From positions 124,001-188,000 of IMG/VR virus record IMGVR_UViG_3300025030_000041: DNA of 64,000 nucleotides; one strand, written 5' to 3'. The stretch's first letter is position 1; every line of letters begins with the position of its first letter. Made by a program: the position numbers and the translations under genes. Under the pieces are notes generated by a model. It searched no databases. It was not told where the DNA came from and saw only the letters and a program-made list of their open reading frames with translations. Below are positions 46,430 through 56,469 of this stretch, in pieces.

Positions 46430-49400
46430 CTTTTAATAAAGTTAAAATTCTATTTCCCATTGTTGCAGTTGCTCCAGACGTTAACCATCTTCCTTCTATT
46501 GCTTGCCCAGCTGAAACTGTTACAATAGCAGTTGTAGTAGCTATAAATCTATCATTATTACCATTATTTAATAATACAGTTTTATCTGAATTAGTTACTA
46601 AAGATCCATTTGCATATACTGATATAGTTATTGATCTAGAATTTGTAGTATGCGTTAAATCTGTATTAAACCATACAATATATGTTCCAGCTCCAGGAGT
46701 AATTGTCATATCAGTAGCAAGAACTGCAGTAGCAGAAGCCGTTGTAATATTTCCAGCAGCATTTACACTATTATATGGCAAGTTAGGAGCTCCCCATTCT
46801 ATTCCATTAGCTGCCCCTGAATTTGCAATTATAGCTTGCCCATTAGTTCCTACCCCTAGCCTAACATTATTAGTTCCACTATGAGTTATAATATCTCCTT
46901 TAGTAGTTAAAGGAGATAAATTATTAAATCCAGTAGTTTGAGTAGAAGCATTAGTTCCTCCATTTGCTATAGGCAATACTCCAGTAACTCCTGTAGTTAA
47001 TGAAATATTAGTTATTGTATTTAAACTACCATTTATTGTTTTATTTGTTAATGACTGAATAAAATCTTGAAATACAAACGTATCATTTCCAGTTAATAAT
47101 GGTAAAGATATAGTTCTATCTGCTAAAACGGCTGATCCACTAAAAATATAATTAAATGTATTACCAGGATTTCTTAATTTTAAATATGTATCTCTAAATA
47201 TTTGTTCAAATAATCCAAATGTATTAGATTGGTCATTATATATAATACCTGAATTTAATTGTACTTTATTAGTAATTGTTATTTTAGTAGACGTATGTGT
47301 ATTAATATTAATGTCTGATACTGCATTTGTTCCAATTGAATGTTGATGGTCAGACTTAGCAAAGCTATTTGCAATTCCTATACTATTAGATGTACTAACT
47401 GAAATAGGGATTCCACTAGTTAATGGGTCACTTCCATTAGGTAAGTGTCTAGATGCATGAGATGTTACATCTATTCCATCTACTAGATTTATATTAATAA
47501 TATTATTATTATTTAAATCTAAATTGCCAGTTAACAAACGAGTTCCATTAGTTAATAAATATTGTGGATGGTCATCATCACTTAATCCTAATAAATTACC
47601 ATGGTTAGCTCCGGCACTAATTGCACTTGAACTTCCAGCAAAAGTTGGTCTCTCGTCTCTAATTTGTATTATATTAAAGGTTCCTTCTTTAACTACAATT
47701 GATGCAATAGGAGTAACTGAATCTATAAAAAATGGAGGAGGAAGAGGTAATGCCGCAGACTCAACTTCAATTAGTGTTGCATATTCGGCTTGTGCGTATA
47801 TTAGCATATACCGTTCAGTATTGCCTTCTCCTGATAAATATAATGAATGTTTAGCATAATATCCTGATGTTATTGGAGTTAATGTTCCAGTGTTAGTATC
47901 ATAATATGTATTACTTGCAGTATTTTGAGAATATTTATACCAACTGTTACTACCATCTCTATAAAAGGCTTCCCATGTTATAGAGGTTCCCCCCGTTGGA
48001 AGATACTCTTTAGTTCCAAAATGATAATGACCTCCTGTTACATCTAGTTGTCTGTCTATAGCAGATTCAGAAACAGTAGATCCTGAATTAAATATTGTTC
48101 CAATTACTTCTCTTATATAATCTTCTAATTCATTTGCATGATTATTAATATTAATTGAACTTGTATCTATAAAATTTAAAGATCCATCTCTAACTGCAGC
48201 TCGACCTAATATAACATTATATTTTAAATCAGGGTCTGATGCAGAAACAGCTACAGTAGAACTAGAGTTTACATAAACATAATTATGTGAATTATTAGTT
48301 AAATTTAAAACGGTAGTATTCCAACTAACTTCTTTTTTATAATTTAGAAGTTGATCTGTTAAAAATCCAGTTCCAGCTTCAACTAATACTTGTAATGCAG
48401 GCGAGCCATATTCTGATAAATTTCCACCAGTTAATACTCCAGTTACTATACTAGATTTAAGTAATTTAGTTATATTAGTAAGTCTATCAGTTCTAAGCCC
48501 TTGATAAATATCTCCAGTTACAACATTTCCACCAACTACTCCTGATTCATTAAATGATATACTAAACGAGGCATTATCTGGATTTATAAAAATTCTACTT
48601 CTACTTCCTATTCCAGTATAACCCCCAATTGTTAATGGATGTAAAACTGATAAATCCTCTTCATTTTCAGCTAAAATACTACCAGCTACTATAATAGTAC
48701 ATCCACTTCCTACATTTCCATTTTCAATTCCAATATTCCAGTGTTTAATTTCAGTACTTAAAATATCACAAGATGCTCCATTTTGTAAATATATTCCAAC
48801 TCCTACTAAAGGCGAACCTCCTGGACCATATAACTCTCCTCCTATTATTCCTAATTCGGCCTCAACTCCAGTTGCATAAATTCCATACGAATCCCCTATA
48901 GCGTGAAGATGAATCGTATCGATATGAGTAGATGCCTCATATCCGTTATTTGAATCTATACATATTCCTTTCGAAAAATTTCCAGTTATACTAATTCCGT
49001 TTATAAAAGACTCTGTATCTTGATTTTCAGATTTAATTAATACTCCTATATCACAATCATTAATACTTATATTATAAATAGAATCGTGTGTAACTTCAGC
49101 GTCATTAATATAAATTGCAGAGTAGTCAGATCCTGCATTTTTTAGCGCTAGATTAGATATTTGGGTATATTCGCCAAGACTTATGATATGATGTAAACTT
49201 GAGTCAGGCTCTATTATTATATTCGTATTAGAGTGTCCTATTATAGAAACATAAGGCTTATTTTTTAAATCTATTAAGGGTTCAGTATATGTACCTGGGC
49301 CAACTCGTAGTTCATACCTATTATTTATAGTATTATTTGTAATACTATTTAATGCAGTAACAATAGATGAATAATCTCCTCCAAGTTTAGCTACATTTAT

Positions 49401-50540
49401 TACATTTTTATCTTGACCTTGAATATAAATAGCACTTCCATTTAATTCAGATTTAGTTCTATCTATTAAACCATTAAATACTCCAACTGCATTAGAATTT
49501 TCAACAACTAAGTCTTGGGTACAGTCTTCAAAACTAACAGCATTTGCAAATAAAGTTTGGCCTGCTCCAGTATTAGGAAGCCAAATACCTTTAGCAAATC
49601 CTCTTAAATTTAGTCCAATTAATCTTAGTTTACCTCCATTTATAGCTTTAATTCCAGTATTTCCTGCTCCTGGACATCTAATTTGTACAGAATTTGTAAT
49701 AAATTCACAATTTAATCCATCAACGATAGCGACTTCAGTAGGATATGGAGTAGACATTCCAGTAGTTATACTATTCTGTAATGCGATTTTACCAATTCCT
49801 GAACCATTATTTGTTGCAATAAATCCTTTATTAAATTGGTAATTGCTACCAATCATGCCTTTGTTTATAAAAACAGTAGAGTCATTTCCAGGAGCTTCAC
49901 ATTTTACTAAAATGTCGTTATTACCAAATCTTACAAATTCTACATGAAATGCGTCATTAGTTGTTCCAGTTAGACTAGAATGATATACTGCGGCATATCC
50001 TGTTCCAGTTGCTCCTGTTAAAGTACAACAACTAACTTCAGAATTAATTGATCCAATGATTACATGTTTATTAGGAGAATCAACCTGTATTATAGTGACA
50101 TCTTCATTAGTTCCACTAAGATAAACGTATGGTTTTAATGTAATAGTATCTTCAGTAAATATTCCAGGCCCAGTTTTTACATAATATCTATTAGATGAAG
50201 TATTATCAGTTATAGAATCTATTGCGGTTTTTATTGAAGAGAATTCTCCAATTCCAGGATTTAGTTTTACATTTATTACATTTTCTGTAAAAAGTCTATT
50301 ATCATTAATAAATATAGTATTATTTAAATCAGATAATGAAGTTATATCAATACCATTAAATTTTGCAGTGATATAGCCTAAGTCTAGTGCATTTCCTAAA
50401 TCTGTTGAATTTCTAAGTTCATCAGAACTATATTCTTGTTCTAAATCATAGTTTGTAGTAGGATGTGTAAATGTTCTTTTTCCTAAATCATTGAATATTA
50501 TAGTTCCTAATGTTCCAGTCGTTGTTATTAAAAAAGCCAT
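46422..50540 (-). CDS. tail fibre/tailspike with two beta-helix-like modules
   Basis: duplicated GxFSSIxxAxxSITxN...Y...GPG.Y.E pectinesterase-like openers; Gly/Thr/Asn-rich fibre C-terminus. Confidence 0.7.
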   Translation of the reverse strand: MAFLITTTGTLGTIIFNDLGKRTFTHPTTNYDLEQEYSSDELRNSTDLGNALDLGYITAKFNGIDITSLSDLNNTIFINDNRLFTENVINVKLNPGIGEFSSIKTAIDSITDNTSSNRYYVKTGPGIFTEDTITLKPYVYLSGTNEDVTIIQVDSPNKHVIIGSINSEVSCCTLTGATGTGYAAVYHSSLTGTTNDAFHVEFVRFGNNDILVKCEAPGNDSTVFINKGMIGSNYQFNKGFIATNNGSGIGKIALQNSITTGMSTPYPTEVAIVDGLNCEFITNSVQIRCPGAGNTGIKAINGGKLRLIGLNLRGFAKGIWLPNTGAGQTLFANAVSFEDCTQDLVVENSNAVGVFNGLIDRTKSELNGSAIYIQGQDKNVINVAKLGGDYSSIVTALNSITNNTINNRYELRVGPGTYTEPLIDLKNKPYVSIIGHSNTNIIIEPDSSLHHIISLGEYTQISNLALKNAGSDYSAIYINDAEVTHDSIYNISINDCDIGVLIKSENQDTESFINGISITGNFSKGICIDSNNGYEASTHIDTIHLHAIGDSYGIYATGVEAELGIIGGELYGPGGSPLVGVGIYLQNGASCDILSTEIKHWNIGIENGNVGSGCTIIVAGSILAENEEDLSVLHPLTIGGYTGIGSRSRIFINPDNASFSISFNESGVVGGNVVTGDIYQGLRTDRLTNITKLLKSSIVTGVLTGGNLSEYGSPALQVLVEAGTGFLTDQLLNYKKEVSWNTTVLNLTNNSHNYVYVNSSSTVAVSASDPDLKYNVILGRAAVRDGSLNFIDTSSININNHANELEDYIREVIGTIFNSGSTVSESAIDRQLDVTGGHYHFGTKEYLPTGGTSITWEAFYRDGSNSWYKYSQNTASNTYYDTNTGTLTPITSGYYAKHSLYLSGEGNTERYMLIYAQAEYATLIEVESAALPLPPPFFIDSVTPIASIVVKEGTFNIIQIRDERPTFAGSSSAISAGANHGNLLGLSDDDHPQYLLTNGTRLLTGNLDLNNNNIININLVDGIDVTSHASRHLPNGSDPLTSGIPISVSTSNSIGIANSFAKSDHQHSIGTNAVSDININTHTSTKITITNKVQLNSGIIYNDQSNTFGLFEQIFRDTYLKLRNPGNTFNYIFSGSAVLADRTISLPLLTGNDTFVFQDFIQSLTNKTINGSLNTITNISLTTGVTGVLPIANGGTNASTQTTGFNNLSPLTTKGDIITHSGTNNVRLGVGTNGQAIIANSGAANGIEWGAPNLPYNSVNAAGNITTASATAVLATDMTITPGAGTYIVWFNTDLTHTTNSRSITISVYANGSLVTNSDKTVLLNNGNNDRFIATTTAIVTVSAGQAIEGRWLTSGATATMGNRILTLLKVA

Positions 50541-50548
50541 TTATTATC

Positions 50549-51004
50549 TTATCTTATTTTAAATACTGCTTCAATTGTTGGGTGGTCAATTAAAGTCCCA
50601 TTACAATATAATTGAACCTTATCTCCTGCATTAAAATTTATATTATATGATGAATATCCAGAATTGGTTGCACTTATATTTAAAAATGCTCCTGTTACTA
50701 AAACTTCATTAACATGAACTTCAGCTGACCATGTGAAATTACCATCTGTTGCAGCACTTATGTATAATAGAGTCGCATTAAACGGTAAAATAAAAGGGCT
50801 TTGATTCATATAGATTGAGTCTAATCCTTTTAAATACGAATTAGTGGTATTTCCATTTTTACCACCAAGAACTTGTATAGTTTTAGTTAATGAATCTATA
50901 TTTACATAATTCATATTAACACCATCAGTTCCAACATCAGGAGAACCAACATTAATTAATTTGTTATTATCTAGGTCTATATCAGTAAGAAAGGTCTTTG
51001 CCAT
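50549..51004 (-). CDS. tail fibre-associated protein
   Basis: IDLDNNKLINVGSP...DGVNMNYV fibre motif; upstream of the large fibre gene. Confidence 0.55.
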   Translation of the reverse strand: MAKTFLTDIDLDNNKLINVGSPDVGTDGVNMNYVNIDSLTKTIQVLGGKNGNTTNSYLKGLDSIYMNQSPFILPFNATLLYISAATDGNFTWSAEVHVNEVLVTGAFLNISATNSGYSSYNINFNAGDKVQLYCNGTLIDHPTIEAVFKIR

Positions 51005-51101
51005 TTAGTTTATTTATTTTCTTTTTAAAATTATCTTTTAAAAATTTATTTATTTTAAAATCTATTTTCAAATAAATAATAAGAAAATATTGTATATAAA
51101 A

Positions 51102-51614
51102 ATGGGATATGCTAAATTATATGAAGAGTTTCTTTTTGAAGTATCAGTAGAAGCTGAAGATGTAAAAACAGAAGATTTAATATCAGAAGATAAGTTTAAA
51201 TCTCTAATTACTAAATTAGTTAAACATGAATTAAAAGAAGAACTTGATCCAGAAGAAGAAACTAAAGAAGTTTCTATGGAAGGTTTAACTAAAGAAGAAC
51301 TTGAGAAAGTAAATAAGTTTATTGAAACTTTATGGGTTAATGAAGAACCTAGTAAAAATGAAGTAAATGAAGCTGATTGGTTTGGATTAAAAAGAAAAAA
51401 ATTAGAAGAAAATTTAAATAGTAAAGTAAAAGTATGGGTTCCTAACGCTATGAATAAGCCTACTCAAGAAATTCTTAATAAATTCTGGGAAGATGCTAAA
51501 AACGATAGTTATGACGGACTTCCTAGTATAGGCGAAGATAAAAACTTAATATATAGACCATCCAGTTCAATAAAATGGGGTACAAAACGACATGCTTTTG
51601 GCGGCGGTAAATAA
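51102..51614 (+). CDS. capsid-targeted acidic protein
   Basis: MGYAKLYEEFLFE; VNE|AD site; ATG at 51102. Confidence 0.6.
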   Translation: MGYAKLYEEFLFEVSVEAEDVKTEDLISEDKFKSLITKLVKHELKEELDPEEETKEVSMEGLTKEELEKVNKFIETLWVNEEPSKNEVNEADWFGLKRKKLEENLNSKVKVWVPNAMNKPTQEILNKFWEDAKNDSYDGLPSIGEDKNLIYRPSSSIKWGTKRHAFGGGK

Positions 51615-51743
51615 TTTTATTTAATTAGACACCAATAAGTTATATAATATATGATATATTTATTTTTATATATCGCATATTTTTATTAATTTTACAGTAC
51701 AATTAGTTCTTTATTATTGTTTAACAATTAAAACTTAGAACTC

Positions 51744-52088
51744 ATGGAAGCATTACTTATAACATTTAATAATGGAGTATTTTCACCATTATTATACGAT
51801 TCTAAAACTAATAAAATGTTAGTTATTATTAATAGAATGTGTTTAGAAAATGATTGTGAATTAATTCTTAATATAGAAGATTTTGAGTTATTAAAGCTTA
51901 CATATAATAAAGAAAATAAATTATACAATGGGCCTGGCATTTATAATAATAAATGCGAAAAAACTAATTATATAAAAGCCAATGATGTAATAGCGTATTT
52001 TACTAGAAAATATAGCGAGATTGGTGAAATGTCTGATGCTAAGTCTACTCAAATTAATATAAATAAGTCTTTACAATTCTTTAATTAA
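51744..52088 (+). CDS. hypothetical protein
   Basis: 114-aa ORF. Confidence 0.55.
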   Translation: MEALLITFNNGVFSPLLYDSKTNKMLVIINRMCLENDCELILNIEDFELLKLTYNKENKLYNGPGIYNNKCEKTNYIKANDVIAYFTRKYSEIGEMSDAKSTQININKSLQFFN

Positions 52089-52234
52089 TAATACACGAAA
52101 CATTTCTTTCTAAAGTATGAGGAGAAAATGATAAGTTCAGAATATATACTTTATTAATAATTCAACTAAATTCTATTTTTACACAGAGAGTATTACTAAT
52201 TTTTATATTTAAATTAAACTAAAAACTATAAATC

Positions 52235-54364
52235 ATGAAAAAAATTCTTTTATTTTTAAGTATTGGATATTTATCAATTCAATTTTCAAGTGCTCAGTTT
52301 GCAATAATAAAAACACAAACTAATGCAACATGTGTAGGAGATAGTAATGGTACAGCAAAAGTTTCAGTAAGTAGACGAACCCCTCCATATACTTACTCTT
52401 GGTCTAAAGACGGATCAACCGATGTTATTGGAATATCTGATAGTCTAAGTGGGTTAACTGCAGGGTCTTATAATTGCAATATTACAGACGTTGAGGGATT
52501 CCAAACTACCATCTCATTTACTATTACTTATAAAAGTCGTATTATTAGTACAACTGGGGGGTTTGGGTGTGAGACCATACTTCCATCATGTAGTTCTAGT
52601 AATACCGGGTCAGCATGTATACAAGTTTGGCAAGGAATTCCTCCATATACCTATTCTTGGAATACTACTCCTATACAGACAACTGAGACGGCCATTAATC
52701 TTTCCGAAGGATATTACACATATAGTATTACAGATTCACTTGGATGTTCAGATACTAATTCTTTTTATTTACCCTCAGCTATTCCTAACTTCAATCTTTC
52801 ATTCGCGGCAAGCCCACAAACTGGAGTATCACCTCTTGCTGTAGCTTTTAATAATAATACACCAAATATTGATAATTATACTTTTAAATGGTTTTTTGGT
52901 GATGGAAACTCTATTGATGATAGCAGTAGTACAGTATTTCATACATATCAATACTCAGGTAGCTATGATATAGCGCTAATTGCAATTGATAAAAATACTG
53001 GGTGTAGCGACACTCTTTTAAAAAATGGATTTATTTATACAACTGGAGCAGGATGTACACATAGCGCAACAATTACTACACTAAGTTCTACTACAGCGTG
53101 CCAAGGAGATACTATAATTCTTTCTGCAAATATAGACACATCTTTTACTTATAAATGGAATATAAACGGCACGGCTATTGATGGAGAAACTAATAATATA
53201 TTAAAAGCTACTCAAACTGGATATTATTCCGTAACTGTTTTAAAAGATAATTGTCCAGTTACCTCAAATGCTACACCAGTAACATTTAAAAATGGGCCAC
53301 CTATTCCTACTATTACTTCGGTAGGAACAATTGAGCCATGTATAGGTGGAGCAGTTACATTATCAGTTATGCCTATATATGGAATAAACTATTTATGGAA
53401 TACTGGAGATACTACTAATTCTATAACTACACATAATACTGGAATTTATTCAGTATCATTAGTAGATACTATATCAGGGTGTAGTAAAATGTCTGATATA
53501 TATAGACTTAGCACAACTCTATCTATACAAGATATTTGTATGGTAACATCAAATGATTCTTCAACTCATAATATTATTATTTGGGAAAAACCCATATCTA
53601 CTAATATAGATAGCTTTATAATTTATAGAGAAGTTGTAACGAATGTATATAATAAAATTGCAAGTATTAATTACAATTCATTAAGTGAATATCATGATTA
53701 TGACGCTAATCCAAATGTAACATCGTATAAGTATAAAATTGAAGTCATTGATACATGTGGCTCAGTGAGCCAATTAAGTAATTTTCATAACAGTATTCAT
53801 TTACAAAATTTAGGTAATGGTAATTTTCAGTGGACTCTATATAATATAGAAAATTCTATTAATCCTATCCAGTATTATATAATGTATCGTGACAATTATA
53901 GAAATGGCAGTTTTTTGCCAATAAGTAGTACTATTCCATCTGGAAATTCAACGTATACAGACTTAGAGTATTCAATGTATCCAGATGCTAAGTATAGAGT
54001 CGCAGCTTTATGGAATATTTCATGTATTCCTACTAAAAAAACTAATGAAATACCTCCAAATACTACGTATTCTAATATAAAAAATCAGGAAAGTATACCC
54101 ACTGGAATTTCATTTAATAATATAGATTTAAGTATCTCAGCTTACCCTAACCCTACAAATAATATAGTAAATATAGAAGGATTAGGACAGATTAAAAAAG
54201 GATCAATACAAATTATTAATATTACTGGACAAATCCTTTACACTGAGCATATTTCAAGCACTCCTAATATAAAACAAATAGATATTAGTAGTTACTATAA
54301 TGGATTTTATACTATAGTTATAGAAAATCATGGAATTAAAACCTATAAAAAAATAAAAAAATAA
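52235..54364 (+). CDS. T9SS-cargo-like surface protein: signal peptide, SprB-like repeats, PKD and Ig-like domains, type A C-terminal sorting domain
   Basis: MKKILLFLSIGYL signal; C..S.G.A....G.PPYTYSW repeats; WFFGDG...HTY...G.Y PKD; AYPNPTNNIVNI...IDISSYYNGFYTIVI...YKKIKK CTD. Confidence 0.85.
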   Translation: MKKILLFLSIGYLSIQFSSAQFAIIKTQTNATCVGDSNGTAKVSVSRRTPPYTYSWSKDGSTDVIGISDSLSGLTAGSYNCNITDVEGFQTTISFTITYKSRIISTTGGFGCETILPSCSSSNTGSACIQVWQGIPPYTYSWNTTPIQTTETAINLSEGYYTYSITDSLGCSDTNSFYLPSAIPNFNLSFAASPQTGVSPLAVAFNNNTPNIDNYTFKWFFGDGNSIDDSSSTVFHTYQYSGSYDIALIAIDKNTGCSDTLLKNGFIYTTGAGCTHSATITTLSSTTACQGDTIILSANIDTSFTYKWNINGTAIDGETNNILKATQTGYYSVTVLKDNCPVTSNATPVTFKNGPPIPTITSVGTIEPCIGGAVTLSVMPIYGINYLWNTGDTTNSITTHNTGIYSVSLVDTISGCSKMSDIYRLSTTLSIQDICMVTSNDSSTHNIIIWEKPISTNIDSFIIYREVVTNVYNKIASINYNSLSEYHDYDANPNVTSYKYKIEVIDTCGSVSQLSNFHNSIHLQNLGNGNFQWTLYNIENSINPIQYYIMYRDNYRNGSFLPISSTIPSGNSTYTDLEYSMYPDAKYRVAALWNISCIPTKKTNEIPPNTTYSNIKNQESIPTGISFNNIDLSISAYPNPTNNIVNIEGLGQIKKGSIQIINITGQILYTEHISSTPNIKQIDISSYYNGFYTIVIENHGIKTYKKIKK

Positions 54365-54423
54365 TTAAATATTAAATACTGCTAAATTACAATATACTTT
54401 TGTATTATTTTAATACAAGTATG

Positions 54424-54460
54424 TATATCAAAAACTTTTCTTATATTTGTATTAAATACT
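54424..54460 (+). promoter_or_regulatory. Bacteroidota-type promoter related to the promoter module
   Basis: TATATCAAAAACTTTTCTTATATTTGTATTAAATA; TATATTTG at 54442. Confidence 0.6.
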
Positions 54461-54492
54461 AAGTTTTATTTTTAACCTAAAACCTATATATC

Positions 54493-54906
54493 ATGACATT
54501 AGATGAATCTATAAAAGTACTTGAATTATTTAACAAGTGGAGAAGAGGTGAAGAGATACCTCAAGAAAACCCGACTAAAATTGGAATAGCAATTGATATT
54601 GTTTTAGATGAATTAAAAAAGTTAAGCCACTTTACGCATAATACAGTAGAATGTGATAAAAATAGGATAGGCCCTACTGATTTAATAGACTTAGAAAAAA
54701 ATGATTTAGTTAAATTATTAACAGTTACATTGCCATATTATTCAAAACTAAGTGAATCTGAAAAAGACCTAGTTGCTAAAGGTGGATTATTACCAAATGG
54801 TAGTACTACAGGAGAGCTATATTGGAATTATTGTAAGTTAGTTAGTATGGACCGGCTAGATTTATTTAAATTATATGTTATATGCAAAGACAGTTGGAAG
54901 AGATAA
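54493..54906 (+). CDS. hypothetical phage protein (possibly fused modules)
   Basis: N-terminal FNKWRRG...KIGIAID motif. Confidence 0.65.
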   Translation: MTLDESIKVLELFNKWRRGEEIPQENPTKIGIAIDIVLDELKKLSHFTHNTVECDKNRIGPTDLIDLEKNDLVKLLTVTLPYYSKLSESEKDLVAKGGLLPNGSTTGELYWNYCKLVSMDRLDLFKLYVICKDSWKR

Positions 54907-55046
54907 CCCCAAACTATTGATTATAAAAGAGCAATGACTCATTTTTTAAAAATTAATATTTGCATAGCTTTCATAGATTTTTAAAGTGCAGTCTAAACAT
55001 ATATACATAATAGCCAAAAATTAAATAGACCTAACAAACTTAGAAA

Positions 55047-55309
55047 ATGCAAACGAAAATTTGGATAACATATAAGCCTGATATTGACAAATTTCGGGAA
55101 TGGGATATTATGATGCCAACTCATTGGATAAAACTTCCTGATAATCCGAAAGAGTATTATTTTTTAGTTTATTAATAGAAACAAAAGAAGGAACAATGAA
55201 AGTATGTCGGGATGATTGGATTATCAAAGAACCATTTCAAACAGGCAATATATATATTTATCCTTGTAAAGACGATATTTTTCAAAGTACCTACTACGTC
55301 GTCTTATAA
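55047..55309 (+). pseudogene. two overlapping truncated gene remnants
   Basis: PTHWIKLPDNP (DUF551-like C-terminus) and TKEGTM...DWIIKE...YPCKDDIF.STY, in different frames, both lacking N-termini. Confidence 0.55.
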
Positions 55310-55316
55310 TTGGTAG

Positions 55317-55393
55317 TAATGATTTAGTGTATGAGAAGGATTGCTTAGATGAACTACCAAATTAACTACAGTTGTTGATAGCAAACTTTCTTG
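55317..55393 (+). repeat. truncated copy of hairpin H9
   Basis: GTGTATGAGAAGGATTGCTTAGATGAACT...AGCAAACTTTCTT, with terminal ATACAC..GTTA missing. Confidence 0.75.
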
Positions 55394-55414
55394 TAAAATT
55401 TAACTTTTTGAGCT

Positions 55415-55585
55415 ATGGATAGAATAAGAATTGAAATATTAGAATACAATTATTGGGAGCATTTTAAAGCACTAAAAGATATTGCATTGATTTTACCAAT
55501 TGAACACCCAAAAAGAAAGAAACTTGAAAAAGCTACAAACGAAATATTGAAAGAATTACACGAACTAAAGAGTGGTGGCAGTTAA
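55415..55585 (+). CDS. 56-aa cassette protein (not in ORF track)
   Basis: own translation MDRIRIEILEYNYWEHFKALKDIALILPIEHPKRKKLEKATNEILKELHELKSGGS. Confidence 0.6.
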   Translation: MDRIRIEILEYNYWEHFKALKDIALILPIEHPKRKKLEKATNEILKELHELKSGGS

Positions 55586-55598
55586 ATTTTATTTCTGC

Positions 55599-55722
55599 TA
55601 ACAGTTGGGGGTATATGTAGTGCGAGATTTTAAACACTAAACTTGACTTAACCCCAGAACTTAATTAGAAGTAGAAATGTTGAATAAATCGCTGAACCTC
55701 ACATTACATATACACCTTGTTA
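55599..55722 (+). repeat. attC-like hairpin H13 (124 bp)
   Basis: TAAC agttg GGGGTATATGTAGTGCGAG ... CTCACATTACATATACACC tt GTTA. Confidence 0.85.
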
Positions 55723-55772
55723 TACCCCGTATTTCGTGGGTTGGAAATTATAAACTTAATAAATAAATAAAA

Positions 55773-56003
55773 ATGAAAAATCTAATAGTAGAAAAACCAG
55801 AAGTAAAATTGAATGAAGAAGAAAAAGTAAATTCCTTCATTGAAAACTCAAAAAGTAATGATGGTGTTATCATTAAAATTCAAAATAATGTATATAGACA
55901 TTTAATAGATAAAGATGGTAAATGTTTTATTAAAAATATAACACCTATTTTTGAGTTTGATAGTTACGATGAATTGGAAACGATTTTAAAAACACAAATA
56001 TGA
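55773..56003 (+). CDS. cassette hypothetical protein
   Basis: 76-aa ORF in module 55719-56202. Confidence 0.6.
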   Translation: MKNLIVEKPEVKLNEEEKVNSFIENSKSNDGVIIKIQNNVYRHLIDKDGKCFIKNITPIFEFDSYDELETILKTQI

Positions 56004-56185
56004 TAACATTAATTTATTTAGGTATAGGGTGGTTAATTGGATTTTTAATAATTCAAACTTATCAAAAATTAGGTACTATAATAGTAGATACTAACGTAGA
56101 TAGTTATAGATTGAGAGTTAAATGTTTACTTTCATTTTTAGGTATTATAAATTTAATAGTAGTTCCTATTTTGAGGGTAAGGTAA
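56000..56185 (+). CDS. cassette two-TM membrane protein
   Basis: two hydrophobic segments; ATGA overlap with previous ORF. Confidence 0.55.
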   Translation: MITLIYLGIGWLIGFLIIQTYQKLGTIIVDTNVDSYRLRVKCLLSFLGIINLIVVPILRVR

Positions 56186-56198
56186 AAAATATTGTGTA

Positions 56199-56285
56199 TA
56201 ATGCCCCGTAAATATAATTTAGTTAAAGAGTACTGTCATTTATAATTTAGTAGATTGATTATCAATTAATTATATTTACCTGTTA
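56199..56285 (+). repeat. attC-like hairpin H14 (copy of H10)
   Basis: TAAT gcccc GTAAATATAATTTAGTT ... ATCAATTAATTATATTTAC ct GTTA; loop nearly identical to H10. Confidence 0.85.
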
Positions 56286-56359
56286 TATTTAGTTCAAAAA
56301 TAAAGTACTAAAAATGTTAATATATCAAAAACATTTCTTATTTTTGTATTAAATATAAT
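56282..56359 (+). promoter_or_regulatory. gene-less promoter module, copy 3 (no downstream + strand gene)
   Basis: near-identical to copy 2; TAnnTTTG at 56339. Confidence 0.7.
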
Positions 56360-56469
56360 ATATATATATTCAATTAACGTTATCATATTGATTATTAATA
56401 TATTTAGTTAAAAATATTTAAAGATTCATTTTAAAACTTTAAAAATAGAGACTGTCTTATTTAACCTAC

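Larger units (their letters stand above)
54420..56359 (+). mobile_element. decayed integron-like cassette array 2
   Basis: two complete hairpins, one truncated, four ATK-N5-TAAY ends, promoter module and gene remnants. Confidence 0.75.

Noticed and set aside
54600-54660. Eroded GTTA fusion junction inside ORF 54493 (FTHNTV)
   Set aside because: It resembles the other read-through peptides, but no TGTTA core or matching left arm remains.
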